A stretch of 64,000 bases of DNA from a virus. Shown piece after piece: positions 1-9,281 of the stretch; position 1 is the first letter of the stretch, and every line of letters begins with the position of its first letter. The notes beneath the pieces are model-generated. The model made no database searches, was not told where the DNA came from, and worked only from the letters and a program-made list of their open reading frames with translations. A program made the translations under genes and the position numbers. The stretch covers positions 1 through 64,000 of IMG/VR virus record IMGVR_UViG_3300024264_000013. One strand, given 5' to 3'.

Positions 1-17
1 ATAACACATATGTCGAC

Positions 18-275
18 GTAGGTTGGGAAAGGTCAGAGCCCATTGAACTAAGTGTATAAACAATTACCTACTTCCAAGTCTCGGCTGTGACGGACTCACA
101 TGAAGACCAAGATTAGATGGAACCAGCGATTAGGTTCCGTCTGACTGAAACAATCTACATGAAGCAATTACAATATTACTTCGTAATATTGCTTTAATTC
201 ATATCTACTGCTTTAATCAAAACGAAGTGTTAAGTTTGAGTGTTAACGAAAACTTATATCTACGGAGTAGATATA
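18..275 (+). other. Hairpin-rich non-coding region (candidate structured RNA/DNA element, possibly truncated at the window start)
   Basis: Stems GTAGGT(18-23)/ACCTAC(66-71), TGTGA/TCACA(86-100), a 12-bp stem 113-124/133-144, CAATATTAC/GTAATATTG(171-191), TATATCTAC/GTAGATATA(255-275); no convincing ORF. Confidence 0.4.
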
Positions 276-308
276 CTAAATACATACAACTGTTATAAGG
301 ACTTTAAA

Positions 309-974
309 ATGAATATCCATGAAATAATCTTAGAAGATACACAAATTAATGAAAAACCTACAAGTAGTATTGGCAATTTTGCTAAAAAAGTAGCAAGTAA
401 GGTAACAACTGGTGCTACTAGTGCTAGATTAGGTGGATCAAGTGAAGTTGGATCTAAAGCAAACGCAATTTACAAAGATCTTGCTAGATGGCAAGGTATC
501 AATGGCAAAAACGATAAAAATATGACTTCTGCTGATTTATCAGCGTTTATGAAGCAACATAAATTAAGTGCAGGCGGGATGCAGTTGCCCGATGGTGTAC
601 TTCCAAAGTCAATAATTGATAAAGCATTAAAGAAAGCGGCCGCAAGTGATTTAACTGGTGGCAATGTAGGTACTGACTCAGCACCAAAAGCACAAAGCGG
701 TGGCAGTACTCCATCACAAGGCGGAGTTGCAGGAGCAATGGCGTCAATGGCTAAAGGCGCAGGTGTAAAGGCTCCACAAACAAAAGGGCAACAAGCACAA
801 GCGGCAGGACAACCTACTACAAATAAACAAGCAGGTAGTTCCCCAGCGTCAACATCAGCACCGGGTGCAAAAGTTGCACCACTAAAGAATAAACAAGGTA
901 TTCCACCAGAAGTCCAAACAATGTTAGATAAACTTACACCAACTGAGAAAAAAGCATTGGCGGGAGCAATATAA
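309..974 (+). CDS. Hypothetical Ala/Gly/Lys-rich protein, possible internal head protein
   Basis: ORF 240-974; ATG at 309 has AAGGA SD and follows late-promoter-like ACTAAATA (275-282); N-terminus MNIHEIILE. Confidence 0.6.
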   Translation: MNIHEIILEDTQINEKPTSSIGNFAKKVASKVTTGATSARLGGSSEVGSKANAIYKDLARWQGINGKNDKNMTSADLSAFMKQHKLSAGGMQLPDGVLPKSIIDKALKKAAASDLTGGNVGTDSAPKAQSGGSTPSQGGVAGAMASMAKGAGVKAPQTKGQQAQAAGQPTTNKQAGSSPASTSAPGAKVAPLKNKQGIPPEVQTMLDKLTPTEKKALAGAI

Positions 975-2941
975 TGAAACTACAAGAAGTAACATCATAC
1001 AATTTGAAATCAGCAACAATCTTAAACGAAGGTTGGCAAGATTTAACAGAATCACAAAGACTATATGTAGGCCGTTGGGAAAAAGAACTTTGGCCGTTAC
1101 TAGAAGAATACACACGACTTGCTGAAGCAACACTAACAGCAAATCAAATTCAAGATATTTTTAAAGGTGCTGAAGCACAAGCAAACGCAAGTGGCGATAA
1201 CAGAAACGCACTAGGTAAAGTAGGAGCGGCGGCTGGTGCTGTTGCTAAACTTCCTGTAGACATGGCTAAGAAAGTTGATGCTAAAATTAACGAACTTGGT
1301 GCTATGGCAAAGAATGCAGGACCAGTTAAAAATGCTGATGCAAAGTTTGCACAACTTAAGAAAGACATTACTGCTAAAAACGGTGATAGTAAAATTGTAC
1401 AAGGTATACAAAAAGTAAGTGACTGGGCAAAAGAAAATCCAGGCAAAGCAAGTTTAGCAGTTGGTATTCTAACAACTATTGCGGCATTTGCAGGCGGACC
1501 ATTAGGTGGTGCGGCCGCAGGTTTGATACTGCGTTCAACAAAAGAATTATTACAAGGCGAAGACCTTTCAACAGCAATTGGCAAGTCAGTCAAGACAGCC
1601 GCTTATGGTGCTATTGCAGGTTGGGCATTAAATGGCATTGGAGATTGGTTTGAAGGATTAAGATTTGATTCTGTACCATATGAAAAAGCGCCAGGGTTAG
1701 TTAAATTTGATGTAGGGTTTACTGAAACATTTAAAGCACCCGGCATCACTATGAAAGACACAATCGGCAGTATGGTTATTCCAGAAAGCGAAGTAGGTAG
1801 ATTCACAGATCTTCTTAACACGATGAAAGAAGCAACAGCAGGCGGAGCAACAAGTGATCCTGCGGCTCTAAATGCGTTTGCTAAGATGAGCGAATTTGTA
1901 GATACATTTGATAAGCAATGGTGGCTTGATAGTAATGAAATACAAGATAGCATTGCACAACTGGTTGCGGCTGAGAATGATGCATTTTTACAAAACATGA
2001 CTGCAATCAATAGCGGTATATCAGCATTAGCACAAGGTACAGCATCAGGAAAGATTGATGCTAAAGATGTTAAAGTAGGTGGCGAGCCAGTACAAGGTGA
2101 ATTAGATCTACAAGGTGGCGGCGAGAAAAAAGCAGAGTCATTTGATATGGAAGATCGATTTGAATTATTTTTAATGGAAAAAGATCCTGCACAAGGTGAA
2201 CTTCCTTTAGACAATCCAAATTCAATGGGTGCAAAAGCAAAGCGTGGCTTAGGAAATTTAGCCAAAGGCGCATTAGGCGCAGTTGGTAAAGCGGCCGGCA
2301 AAGTTAAAGCCGGTGCTAAAGAAATGGGAACAGCAGTAAGTGCTAAAAAATTAACCAAGCAATGGAAAGCGGCTGGCGAACCTGCAGATACAGCAAGTAT
2401 TATGAATATTTTACAAGACAACGGGATGACTCCGGACCAAATTGCAACTATTGGACAAGAAGCAAAAGTAGACCTTGGCAAGCCTAGTGCAAAGCCTAAA
2501 GCAGATGCACAAGCAAGTCCAACAGCAGATGCAGGCGCAACAGACGAACCAACAGCAGATGCTCCAACAGCAGATGCTCCAACAGCAGATGCTCCGGCAA
2601 GTGATGCTCCGGCAGGCAATACACCAACACCAAAAGCAGTTGCTAAAGGCGATACTATGAAAGCCAAAGATGGCAAAGAGTATAAATGGATGGGTGCATT
2701 ATGGGTAGACACTGCTACTAATAAACCAATTGGTATTATTCCTTCAATGGCACAAGGCTTACCTAATCCTAAATTAGATCCAATTATTTCAGCGGCTAAG
2801 AAAGATCCAGCACTTGCTAAATTAATTAAATCGCAAGTTGCATCAAAAGGTGTTGAAGCAGGAACATCCGGTGCTCAAAAAGCGGCACAAGCAGGTGTAC
2901 AAGGTACTGAAAAATTAGATGCTAAAGGTGTTACTGCTTAG
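974..2941 (+). CDS. Hypothetical 655-aa protein, possible internal/ejection protein
   Basis: TAATG coupling to upstream gene; hydrophobic Gly/Ala segment LAVGILTTIAAFAGGPLGGAAAGLIL; PTADA repeats. Confidence 0.65.
   Translation: MKLQEVTSYNLKSATILNEGWQDLTESQRLYVGRWEKELWPLLEEYTRLAEATLTANQIQDIFKGAEAQANASGDNRNALGKVGAAAGAVAKLPVDMAKKVDAKINELGAMAKNAGPVKNADAKFAQLKKDITAKNGDSKIVQGIQKVSDWAKENPGKASLAVGILTTIAAFAGGPLGGAAAGLILRSTKELLQGEDLSTAIGKSVKTAAYGAIAGWALNGIGDWFEGLRFDSVPYEKAPGLVKFDVGFTETFKAPGITMKDTIGSMVIPESEVGRFTDLLNTMKEATAGGATSDPAALNAFAKMSEFVDTFDKQWWLDSNEIQDSIAQLVAAENDAFLQNMTAINSGISALAQGTASGKIDAKDVKVGGEPVQGELDLQGGGEKKAESFDMEDRFELFLMEKDPAQGELPLDNPNSMGAKAKRGLGNLAKGALGAVGKAAGKVKAGAKEMGTAVSAKKLTKQWKAAGEPADTASIMNILQDNGMTPDQIATIGQEAKVDLGKPSAKPKADAQASPTADAGATDEPTADAPTADAPTADAPASDAPAGNTPTPKAVAKGDTMKAKDGKEYKWMGALWVDTATNKPIGIIPSMAQGLPNPKLDPIISAAKKDPALAKLIKSQVASKGVEAGTSGAQKAAQAGVQGTEKLDAKGVTA
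2549..2614 (+). repeat. 15-bp tandem repeat (CCAACAGCAGATGCT x3 plus degenerate copies) encoding PTADA
   Basis: Exact copies at 2549, 2564 and 2579; degenerate copies at 2519 and 2594. Confidence 0.9.
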
Positions 2942-3168
2942 AAAAACGGTAAATTTGTTTTCTTTGTAGTTTCCATATTTTCTTTAATTAAATCTGACAT
3001 AAGAGTACGATCCTCAGTACTAAGTTGAAAAGCCTCATTCATAGACATGCTTCCTCGCATATACCACATGAGTTTAAATAATTCAGATTTTAACTGTTTG
3101 CTTTGGCCTTCTAAGTTATCAACTTCTTTTAGGATCTGTTCAACCGGCCAACTGACGATCCTTAGGCG
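2938..3168 (-). CDS. gp51/gpT-like tail assembly chaperone C-terminal ORF, probably reached by -1 frameshift from the gp26-like gene (alternative own ATG at 3069)
   Basis: Open -1 frame of 76 codons: RLRIVSWPVEQILKEVDNLEGQSKQLKSELFKLMWYMRGSMSMNEAFQLSTEDRTLMSDLIKENMETTKKTNLPFF*; not in the ORF track. Confidence 0.65.
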   Translation of the reverse strand, partial: RLRIVSWPVEQILKEVDNLEGQSKQLKSELFKLMWYMRGSMSMNEAFQLSTEDRTLMSDLIKENMETTKKTNLPFF

Positions 3169-3174
3169 AAAAAA
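3131..3174 (-). promoter_or_regulatory. Programmed -1 ribosomal frameshift signal (slippery T TTT TTC, 5-nt spacer, stem-loop)
   Basis: Minus strand CAT TTT TTC GCC TAA; heptamer 3174-3168; AGGATC(3162-3157)...GATCCT(3136-3131) stem with inner TCAGTT/GGTTGA pairing. Confidence 0.7.
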
Positions 3175-4088
3175 TGTGCTTGATCAAATATAATTGGTAC
3201 TTCAAAAGTTTCCGGTGCACCTTCTTTAAGTTGTTCCTCAGTTGAGCGCACTTCCATTGGAGGTACTTCAAATTCTTTCTTTTGTTTTTCGATATGATTA
3301 CTTAAAGATTTAAAAAACGATTTATCAGTATTTTCTAAAAATTCTGTAATATGGCTTCGGTCACTAACAACTTCGTCACCAACTTGAATTGAAACAACAC
3401 TGCTAATAACCATACCCAATGTAATATCTCTAATTTTATTAAATGTAACATTAAATTGTTTTAATTTTTCATCTTCGTCAATTTGATCGTTATTAACAAG
3501 TGCAAAGATTCTTTGTTCTTCAAATGTTTGCATAGACACTTGACTAAACTCTTTATAATTTAATGGACGTATCTTACATGTTAAATCTTTCGCTGTAAAC
3601 GAATCTGAAAATTTAGCATTTTCATAACGCTGTAGTACTTGTCGTAAATCAATAGAATATTCTACTGGTTCTTTTGTATTTGGAGCAGTTGCACTAATAT
3701 TCATATGTTCTCCATATGAAGCAATTCTAATTGCAATCAAACAAGCATCAATATCAAGACTTGGCATACTCCATGCATTTTTAATATTTGGAATACAACT
3801 TTGAATTAAATCAACTGTAGCCTGGCCGCTTAACAAAGCATCCGGAGTTTTTAATGCTAGTTCGTCTTTTGCTGTCATAGGCATAACTGCTAGTTCTCCA
3901 GTTTCAGGCATGTCTAAGGACCCCTCATCATAATATTGACCACCACTAGGTAACTTAATATAAATTTTTGCTTGTCTAAAATGACCTGCAAGTGGGTTTG
4001 CTGTCTTAGGTGCTGTCGCTGGTTGCATTAATGGATTCATTTTATTTCCATTATCTTGTTTAAATTGCTCTGGGTTAAAATCTGCCAT
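3162..4088 (-). CDS. T4 gp26-like baseplate hub assembly / tail assembly chaperone
   Basis: Motifs IYIKLPSGG..Y, PMTAKDE....TPDALL.G, D.DA.LIAIRIASYGE; ends ..FFA; adjacent to tape measure gene. Confidence 0.75.
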   Translation of the reverse strand: MADFNPEQFKQDNGNKMNPLMQPATAPKTANPLAGHFRQAKIYIKLPSGGQYYDEGSLDMPETGELAVMPMTAKDELALKTPDALLSGQATVDLIQSCIPNIKNAWSMPSLDIDACLIAIRIASYGEHMNISATAPNTKEPVEYSIDLRQVLQRYENAKFSDSFTAKDLTCKIRPLNYKEFSQVSMQTFEEQRIFALVNNDQIDEDEKLKQFNVTFNKIRDITLGMVISSVVSIQVGDEVVSDRSHITEFLENTDKSFFKSLSNHIEKQKKEFEVPPMEVRSTEEQLKEGAPETFEVPIIFDQAHFFA

Positions 4089-4099
4089 GTCTATCTCCG

Positions 4100-4134
4100 T
4101 ATAAATACATTAGTAATTAGTATATGTATTTATG
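4100..4134. promoter_or_regulatory. Face-to-face pair of T4-type late promoters serving the divergent gp26-like and tape measure genes
   Basis: TATAAATA at 4100-4107 (+) and CATAAATA at 4134-4127 (-); inverted repeat ATAAATACAT/ATGTATTTAT. Confidence 0.7.
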
Positions 4135-4161
4135 TACGTAGTTTATAGGATTTAGAACAAT

Positions 4162-6558
4162 ATGGCAGGACCTGTAAAAGGAACAATAGGGCAAGACGAA
4201 GTTACCCTAAATGACGCGGCTACCGAAACAACGCTGTTAAAAATGCTTGCGGCTATCCAAAAGTCCGGCGGTGGAGGCGGTGGCGCGGCACAAAGTTCCG
4301 AAAAAGAACTAGTCAAAATGGCTAAAGCCACTGGTAAAACTACCAAAGAATTAGAAGATTTTGACGAACAAATAGAAGAAACTAGCAGTGCATTAGCACG
4401 TGGCTTTGGCCAAGTAACGGCTATGTTGTCTGGTTTGGGACATGAATTTTTAGGTGGTGCAACATCTATATCAGACTTTACATCACATATTACAGGAGCA
4501 TTATCAGCAATACCTATAGTTGGCCCATTGGTCGGCGGAGCATTACAATTATTAATTGGTGTTGTAGATTCAAATGTTCAAACATTTAGAGAACTATCAC
4601 AAGTTGGAATTGATTTTGGTGATAGTCTTTTTGGTGCAAAATTAGCGGCAACTCAAGCAGGATTAAGCCTAGAAACTTTTCAAAGTGTAATACAATCTAA
4701 TGCACAGTCTTTAGCATTATTTGGAGGTAGTGCAAGCGAAGGTGCAAAACGTTTTGCTCAAATTAGTGGTCAAATTCAAAAAAACATGGGTCCTACATTT
4801 AGTCGTTTAGGTTTAACTATGGAAGAGACTGCTGAATATACAGCAGACTATTTAGAATTGCAAACAAGTTTAGGTCGTTCACAACGTATGTCTAACAGAG
4901 AATTAACAGCAGGTGTTTCAAGTACTGTAATGGAAATTGATAAACTTGCTAGAGTAACTGGTAAACGTCGTGATCAAATTATGGCTGAAATGAAAGATAA
5001 CATGGCAGACAAACGTCTTAAGTTGATCTTTAATACAATGGACGAAGCGGCACAGAAGAATCTTAATGGTGTTATGACTATGATGGGCGATGCAAGTCCA
5101 GGACTAAAAAATGCAATAGCAGAAATGGTTGCAACAGGTGGTGTTCCGTTAGATGCAATGGGTCAAGATTTAATACGTTTGAATCCAAACTTGGCGGCAA
5201 TGTCAGAAGGATTGAGAGACGGAACTGTAACACAAGACCAGTTTATGGCAGAGATTAGAAAAACTGCTGAAATGGCAGACAACATGTCCGATGCCCAGAA
5301 AAAACAGTATTCAACACTACAAGCAATGGGCAGTGAAGTTGGTAGTGCAGTTGTTGAAATTATTGGATTGAAGAATGCTGGTAAAGGATTAACAGATGTA
5401 CAAAAAGAACAAAAAGCGGCTGAAGAATCAAGAGCAAAAGGGTTAGCAGACTTTGAACGTATACTACAAGACGCAAAAAACAAAATTTACGATGCTTTAA
5501 TTAAATCAGGAGTATTCAAAGTAGTAGAAGATACTTTGGGCACTTTTACTACTTGGTTAGGAAGTCCTGAAGGTATTGCTAAAATACAAAGTTTTGCAAC
5601 AATGCTTTCTGATAAATTTAAAGAACTTGTTGATGCATTTAAAAATGGTAATCTAATGTCTACCATTGGCGGGTATCTAGCAGACGGACTTTCTGGTCTA
5701 GGCGCAATGATAATGAGCAAGATCTTTGGTGGCGGTGAAGAAAAACAAGAAGGCCCACCAGGCGAAAGCGGAGCAAAAGCAAGCGGCGGCGGCGGAGGCA
5801 TGTTCTCAGGTATAGACGGTGCCTTATCAAAACTAGCAGTAATGGTTGCGGCAGGTGGTACAGTTTACCTTGCAATAAAAGGCTTCCAATCATTACTTAG
5901 AGGATTTGCAGGACCACAAGTTATACTAGGTGCGGCAACATTAGCAGGATTGTTAATTGGTACAGGAGCGGCAATTGCCTTAGCAGGTAAAGGTATTGAA
6001 TCGGCTGGTACAGGTATAGAAAAAATGGCGGCTGGCGTTGAAAGAATGGCCGCAGTTAAAGATACAGCAAATTTAAAAGACGTTGCAGTAGCACTAGGTG
6101 ATTTAGGCAGTGCAATGATAGGCTTAGCCGCAGGCGGAGTTCTAGATAGTATTGCTAGTTTCTTTGGTGTAAAATCACCATTTGATAAAATGGTTGACGG
6201 TATTAATAAGTTTGGCGCAATTGATGGCACAGCAGTTGAAAACTTAGTAGCATCGTCAGGCGGTTTGCAAGGCTTAAAATCCTTTGCAGATGACTTAAAT
6301 GCAAAAAATGTTGAAGATTTTGCTGACGCATTAGACAAATTAGTAGATCAAATGAAAGATCTAAATGCTGAATTATCAAAAGATAACAACGGATTCTTTA
6401 AAAAGGGAACTGGTCCAAATGCAGGATCCTTTCTTAGCGGTGGTTCAGGCGGTGAGGGCATAAGTAGTAGTAACATGGAAACATTAATCACACTTATGCG
6501 TGAAAATAATACACTAACAAGACGGATTCTTGAAAAAGATCCAGAGAGCGCATATTAA
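4162..6558 (+). CDS. Tail tape measure protein
   Basis: 798 aa, Ala/Gly/Leu-rich helical composition with hydrophobic segments; N-terminal NDAATETTL motif; between chaperone and portal. Confidence 0.7.
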   Translation: MAGPVKGTIGQDEVTLNDAATETTLLKMLAAIQKSGGGGGGAAQSSEKELVKMAKATGKTTKELEDFDEQIEETSSALARGFGQVTAMLSGLGHEFLGGATSISDFTSHITGALSAIPIVGPLVGGALQLLIGVVDSNVQTFRELSQVGIDFGDSLFGAKLAATQAGLSLETFQSVIQSNAQSLALFGGSASEGAKRFAQISGQIQKNMGPTFSRLGLTMEETAEYTADYLELQTSLGRSQRMSNRELTAGVSSTVMEIDKLARVTGKRRDQIMAEMKDNMADKRLKLIFNTMDEAAQKNLNGVMTMMGDASPGLKNAIAEMVATGGVPLDAMGQDLIRLNPNLAAMSEGLRDGTVTQDQFMAEIRKTAEMADNMSDAQKKQYSTLQAMGSEVGSAVVEIIGLKNAGKGLTDVQKEQKAAEESRAKGLADFERILQDAKNKIYDALIKSGVFKVVEDTLGTFTTWLGSPEGIAKIQSFATMLSDKFKELVDAFKNGNLMSTIGGYLADGLSGLGAMIMSKIFGGGEEKQEGPPGESGAKASGGGGGMFSGIDGALSKLAVMVAAGGTVYLAIKGFQSLLRGFAGPQVILGAATLAGLLIGTGAAIALAGKGIESAGTGIEKMAAGVERMAAVKDTANLKDVAVALGDLGSAMIGLAAGGVLDSIASFFGVKSPFDKMVDGINKFGAIDGTAVENLVASSGGLQGLKSFADDLNAKNVEDFADALDKLVDQMKDLNAELSKDNNGFFKKGTGPNAGSFLSGGSGGEGISSSNMETLITLMRENNTLTRRILEKDPESAY

Positions 6559-6567
6559 GGATAAACA

Positions 6568-8313
6568 ATGAGTTGGAAAAAATATTTTACACCAGTGCCT
6601 ACAGGCGATAACCCGGGCGGAAATTATAGCCCTTTAGGAGGCGGTCGCGGCGGCAGTGGTAGTGCAGGTCCTGCACGAACAAACTATAGTTCATATTTGC
6701 CAGATGTTTATGTAGGTGCTCCTAATAGAGTTGAGCGTTACGGACAATACAATACTATGGATTTAGATTCAGAAGTAAATGCCGCATTGGATATTCTTGC
6801 AGAGTTTTGTTCACAGAAAAATTCACAAAACAAAACTCCTTTTACAATTGATTTTAAGAAATCAGCAACAACAAGTGAAACAACTATTTTACAGCAATAC
6901 TTACAACAGTGGAATAAGTTACAAAAATTTGATACACGTATGTTTAGGATTTTACGTAACGTATTTAAATATGGAGATCAATTTTTTATTAGAGATCCAG
7001 AAACTAAAAAATTATTTCATGTTGATTCTGCAAACGTTGCAAGAATTATTGTTAACGAATCAGAAGGTAAAAAGCCACAACAATATGTAATTAAAGATTT
7101 TAATCTAAACTTTAAAGACATGGTTGCAACTACACCTTTCCAAACTAATGGAAATGTTACAGGTGGTGGTGATGGTTATTTACAAGGCGGTGTTCGTGGC
7201 ATGGTAGGCAACTCCCCAAGACAAAGCGGAAGTAGATTTCAAGAAGGTGAAGGCGAAGTTGCTATTGATGCAGAGAATGTAGTACACCTAAGTTTATCAG
7301 AAGGTTTAGACAACAACTTTCCTTTTGGTAACTCATTACTAGAAACAATATTTAAAGTATACAAACAAAAAGAATTACTTGAAGATGCTATTATCATTTA
7401 TCGAGTACAACGTGCGCCAGAGCGCAGAGTATTCTACGTTGATGTGGGCAACATGCCAAGTCACTTGGCAATGCAATTTGTAGAACGTGTTAAGACGGAA
7501 ATACATCAAAGACGTATCCCATCGTCAACAGGTGGAGGCACAAATGTCATAGACAGTTCTTACAATCCCCTGTCAATTAACGAAGATTACTTTTTCCCTC
7601 AAACTGCTGAAGGACGTGGATCAAAAGTTGAAACACTGCCCGGCGGTACTAACCTAGGTGAAATTGACGACTTAAGATACTTTACCAACAAGTTAGTTCG
7701 TGGCTTACGTATTCCGTCAAGTTACTTGCCAACTGGTGCTGACGATAGTGCCGCTCAATATAATGACGGTAGAGTAGGTACAGCATACATTCAAGAATTA
7801 AGATTTAATACATATTGCGAAAGATTACAAGGTTTATTAATTGAAGATATAAATCAAGAATTTAAACGCTATCTATTAGAACGAGGTGTAAACATTGATA
7901 CTGCAATGTTTGACATTAGATTCCAACCACCACAAAACTTTGCGGCATATAGACAAAGTGAAATTGATAATGCACGTATTCCAACATTTACACAAATGAG
8001 CGCAATACCATATATTTCAAATCGCTTTGCAATGAAACGATACTTAGGTCTTAGTGAAGAAGAACTTACTGAGAACGAAAGACTATGGCGAGAAGAAAAC
8101 GATGAGAATATTACTCCACCACCAACTGACGCAGGTGGAGAACTTAGAGGCGCAGGCATTAGCGGAGCAGGTATTGATGCAGATATGGGTGACATGGATG
8201 CAGAAGTACCAGGCGGTGAAGCACCAATTGATGGAGGTGCGACAGATGCACCCGACACAGCAACTGGCGGCGAAGGCGTACCTCAAGAAGGCGCAACTGA
8301 CGTAACGGTATAA
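6568..8313 (+). CDS. Portal vertex protein (T4 gp20-like)
   Basis: LLEDAIIIYRVQRAPERRVFYVDVGNMP, EDYFFP..AEGRGSKVETLPGG.NLGEIDD.RYF..KL.RGLRIPSS motifs. Confidence 0.95.
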   Translation: MSWKKYFTPVPTGDNPGGNYSPLGGGRGGSGSAGPARTNYSSYLPDVYVGAPNRVERYGQYNTMDLDSEVNAALDILAEFCSQKNSQNKTPFTIDFKKSATTSETTILQQYLQQWNKLQKFDTRMFRILRNVFKYGDQFFIRDPETKKLFHVDSANVARIIVNESEGKKPQQYVIKDFNLNFKDMVATTPFQTNGNVTGGGDGYLQGGVRGMVGNSPRQSGSRFQEGEGEVAIDAENVVHLSLSEGLDNNFPFGNSLLETIFKVYKQKELLEDAIIIYRVQRAPERRVFYVDVGNMPSHLAMQFVERVKTEIHQRRIPSSTGGGTNVIDSSYNPLSINEDYFFPQTAEGRGSKVETLPGGTNLGEIDDLRYFTNKLVRGLRIPSSYLPTGADDSAAQYNDGRVGTAYIQELRFNTYCERLQGLLIEDINQEFKRYLLERGVNIDTAMFDIRFQPPQNFAAYRQSEIDNARIPTFTQMSAIPYISNRFAMKRYLGLSEEELTENERLWREENDENITPPPTDAGGELRGAGISGAGIDADMGDMDAEVPGGEAPIDGGATDAPDTATGGEGVPQEGATDVTV

Positions 8314-8316
8314 ATA
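8309..8316 (+). promoter_or_regulatory. T4-type late promoter TATAAATA
   Basis: Exact consensus, 5 nt before ATG at 8322. Confidence 0.7.
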
Positions 8317-8321
8317 ACAGT

Positions 8322-8570
8322 ATGATACTAAGAGAAATATTTTACTTTGACAAAGAAACACTTGAGCCTGTAGAAGACAAACGTTATTCTGCTAAAGACG
8401 ACCAGTCACCAGTAGACTTTGATTCAACACGTAAAACTCGACTCACACTTCGCCAAATTAATCGTGCAAGATTAGCCGCAGAGGTACATAAAGAAGAGCA
8501 AGCAAAAGACTTGCATTTTGTAAGACAAATGTACGGCATAGCGGCAAACGCAGAGGCCGGCGGAGTATGA
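8322..8570 (+). CDS. Hypothetical 82-aa head-module protein
   Basis: ORF directly after portal; MILREIF N-terminus, basic TRKTRLTLRQINRAR core. Confidence 0.7.
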   Translation: MILREIFYFDKETLEPVEDKRYSAKDDQSPVDFDSTRKTRLTLRQINRARLAAEVHKEEQAKDLHFVRQMYGIAANAEAGGV

Positions 8571-8573
8571 TAA

Positions 8574-9176
8574 TTGAGTATAGCCTTTGTATTAGGTAAC
8601 GGTATAAGCCGTCGCCAAATCCCATTAGAACCACTTAGAAAATTTGGAACTATATATGCTTGTAATGCAGTATATAGAGAATTCAAACCTGACTATTTAA
8701 TTGCTGTTGATACTAAAATGGTCAACGAAATTGTTCAATACAGATATCAGAAAGAAGGTCAAGTATGGACAAATTATAACAAGTCTTACGAAAAATACAG
8801 TGGATTAAATTATTTTGAACCTAGCAAAGGATGGAGTAGTGGACCAACTGCACTTGATTTTGCAAGTAGTCACGGACATAAAACAATATACATATTAGGC
8901 TTTGATTATCAAGGAATAGGCCCTGAGCACAAAAGAGTAAATAATTTATACAGTGGTACACCTAATTACAAGCGTGAACACGATACATCAACGTATTACG
9001 GCAATTGGTTACGCCAAACGACTACTGTTTTTCAGAAAAATACCGAAAAAAGATATATAAGAGTGTTAGGACACGAAAACGGATTTATTCCAGAGCCTTT
9101 TGCTAACTTTGGAAATATTTCTCACATAACATCGGAAGATTTAGTAAAATCTTTCAATTTTTCGTTGAATCCTTAA
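8574..9176 (+). CDS. Maf/MptE(DUF115)-like, GT29-like fold nucleotide-sugar-binding protein
   Basis: AFVLGNG.SR, IYACNA.YR...PDYL.AVD, SSGPTAL..A......IYILGFD motifs. Confidence 0.55.
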   Translation: MSIAFVLGNGISRRQIPLEPLRKFGTIYACNAVYREFKPDYLIAVDTKMVNEIVQYRYQKEGQVWTNYNKSYEKYSGLNYFEPSKGWSSGPTALDFASSHGHKTIYILGFDYQGIGPEHKRVNNLYSGTPNYKREHDTSTYYGNWLRQTTTVFQKNTEKRYIRVLGHENGFIPEPFANFGNISHITSEDLVKSFNFSLNP

Positions 9177-9215
9177 AAAAGGCTCATTTTGAGCCTATAT
9201 CTACGTACTTTTCTG

Positions 9216-9223
9216 TATAAATA
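9216..9223 (+). promoter_or_regulatory. T4-type late promoter TATAAATA
   Basis: Exact consensus upstream of head core/protease/scaffold/MCP genes. Confidence 0.7.
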
Positions 9224-9281
9224 GTAAATATTAATGACAGCCTTACCGTAAGGTAATTTTATTTTAATCAGGAGACAAAAA

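Noticed and set aside
240-308. GTG start at 240 for the first ORF
   Set aside because: Lies upstream of the late promoter and within hairpins; ATG 309 has a proper SD
2549-2614. Tandem repeat as a possible CRISPR array
   Set aside because: 15-bp in-frame units without spacers; encodes a PTADA linker
9175-9196. AGGCTC-ATTTT-GAGCCT hairpin as a terminator
   Set aside because: T-run is only on the minus strand, where no gene ends; weak support on the plus strand
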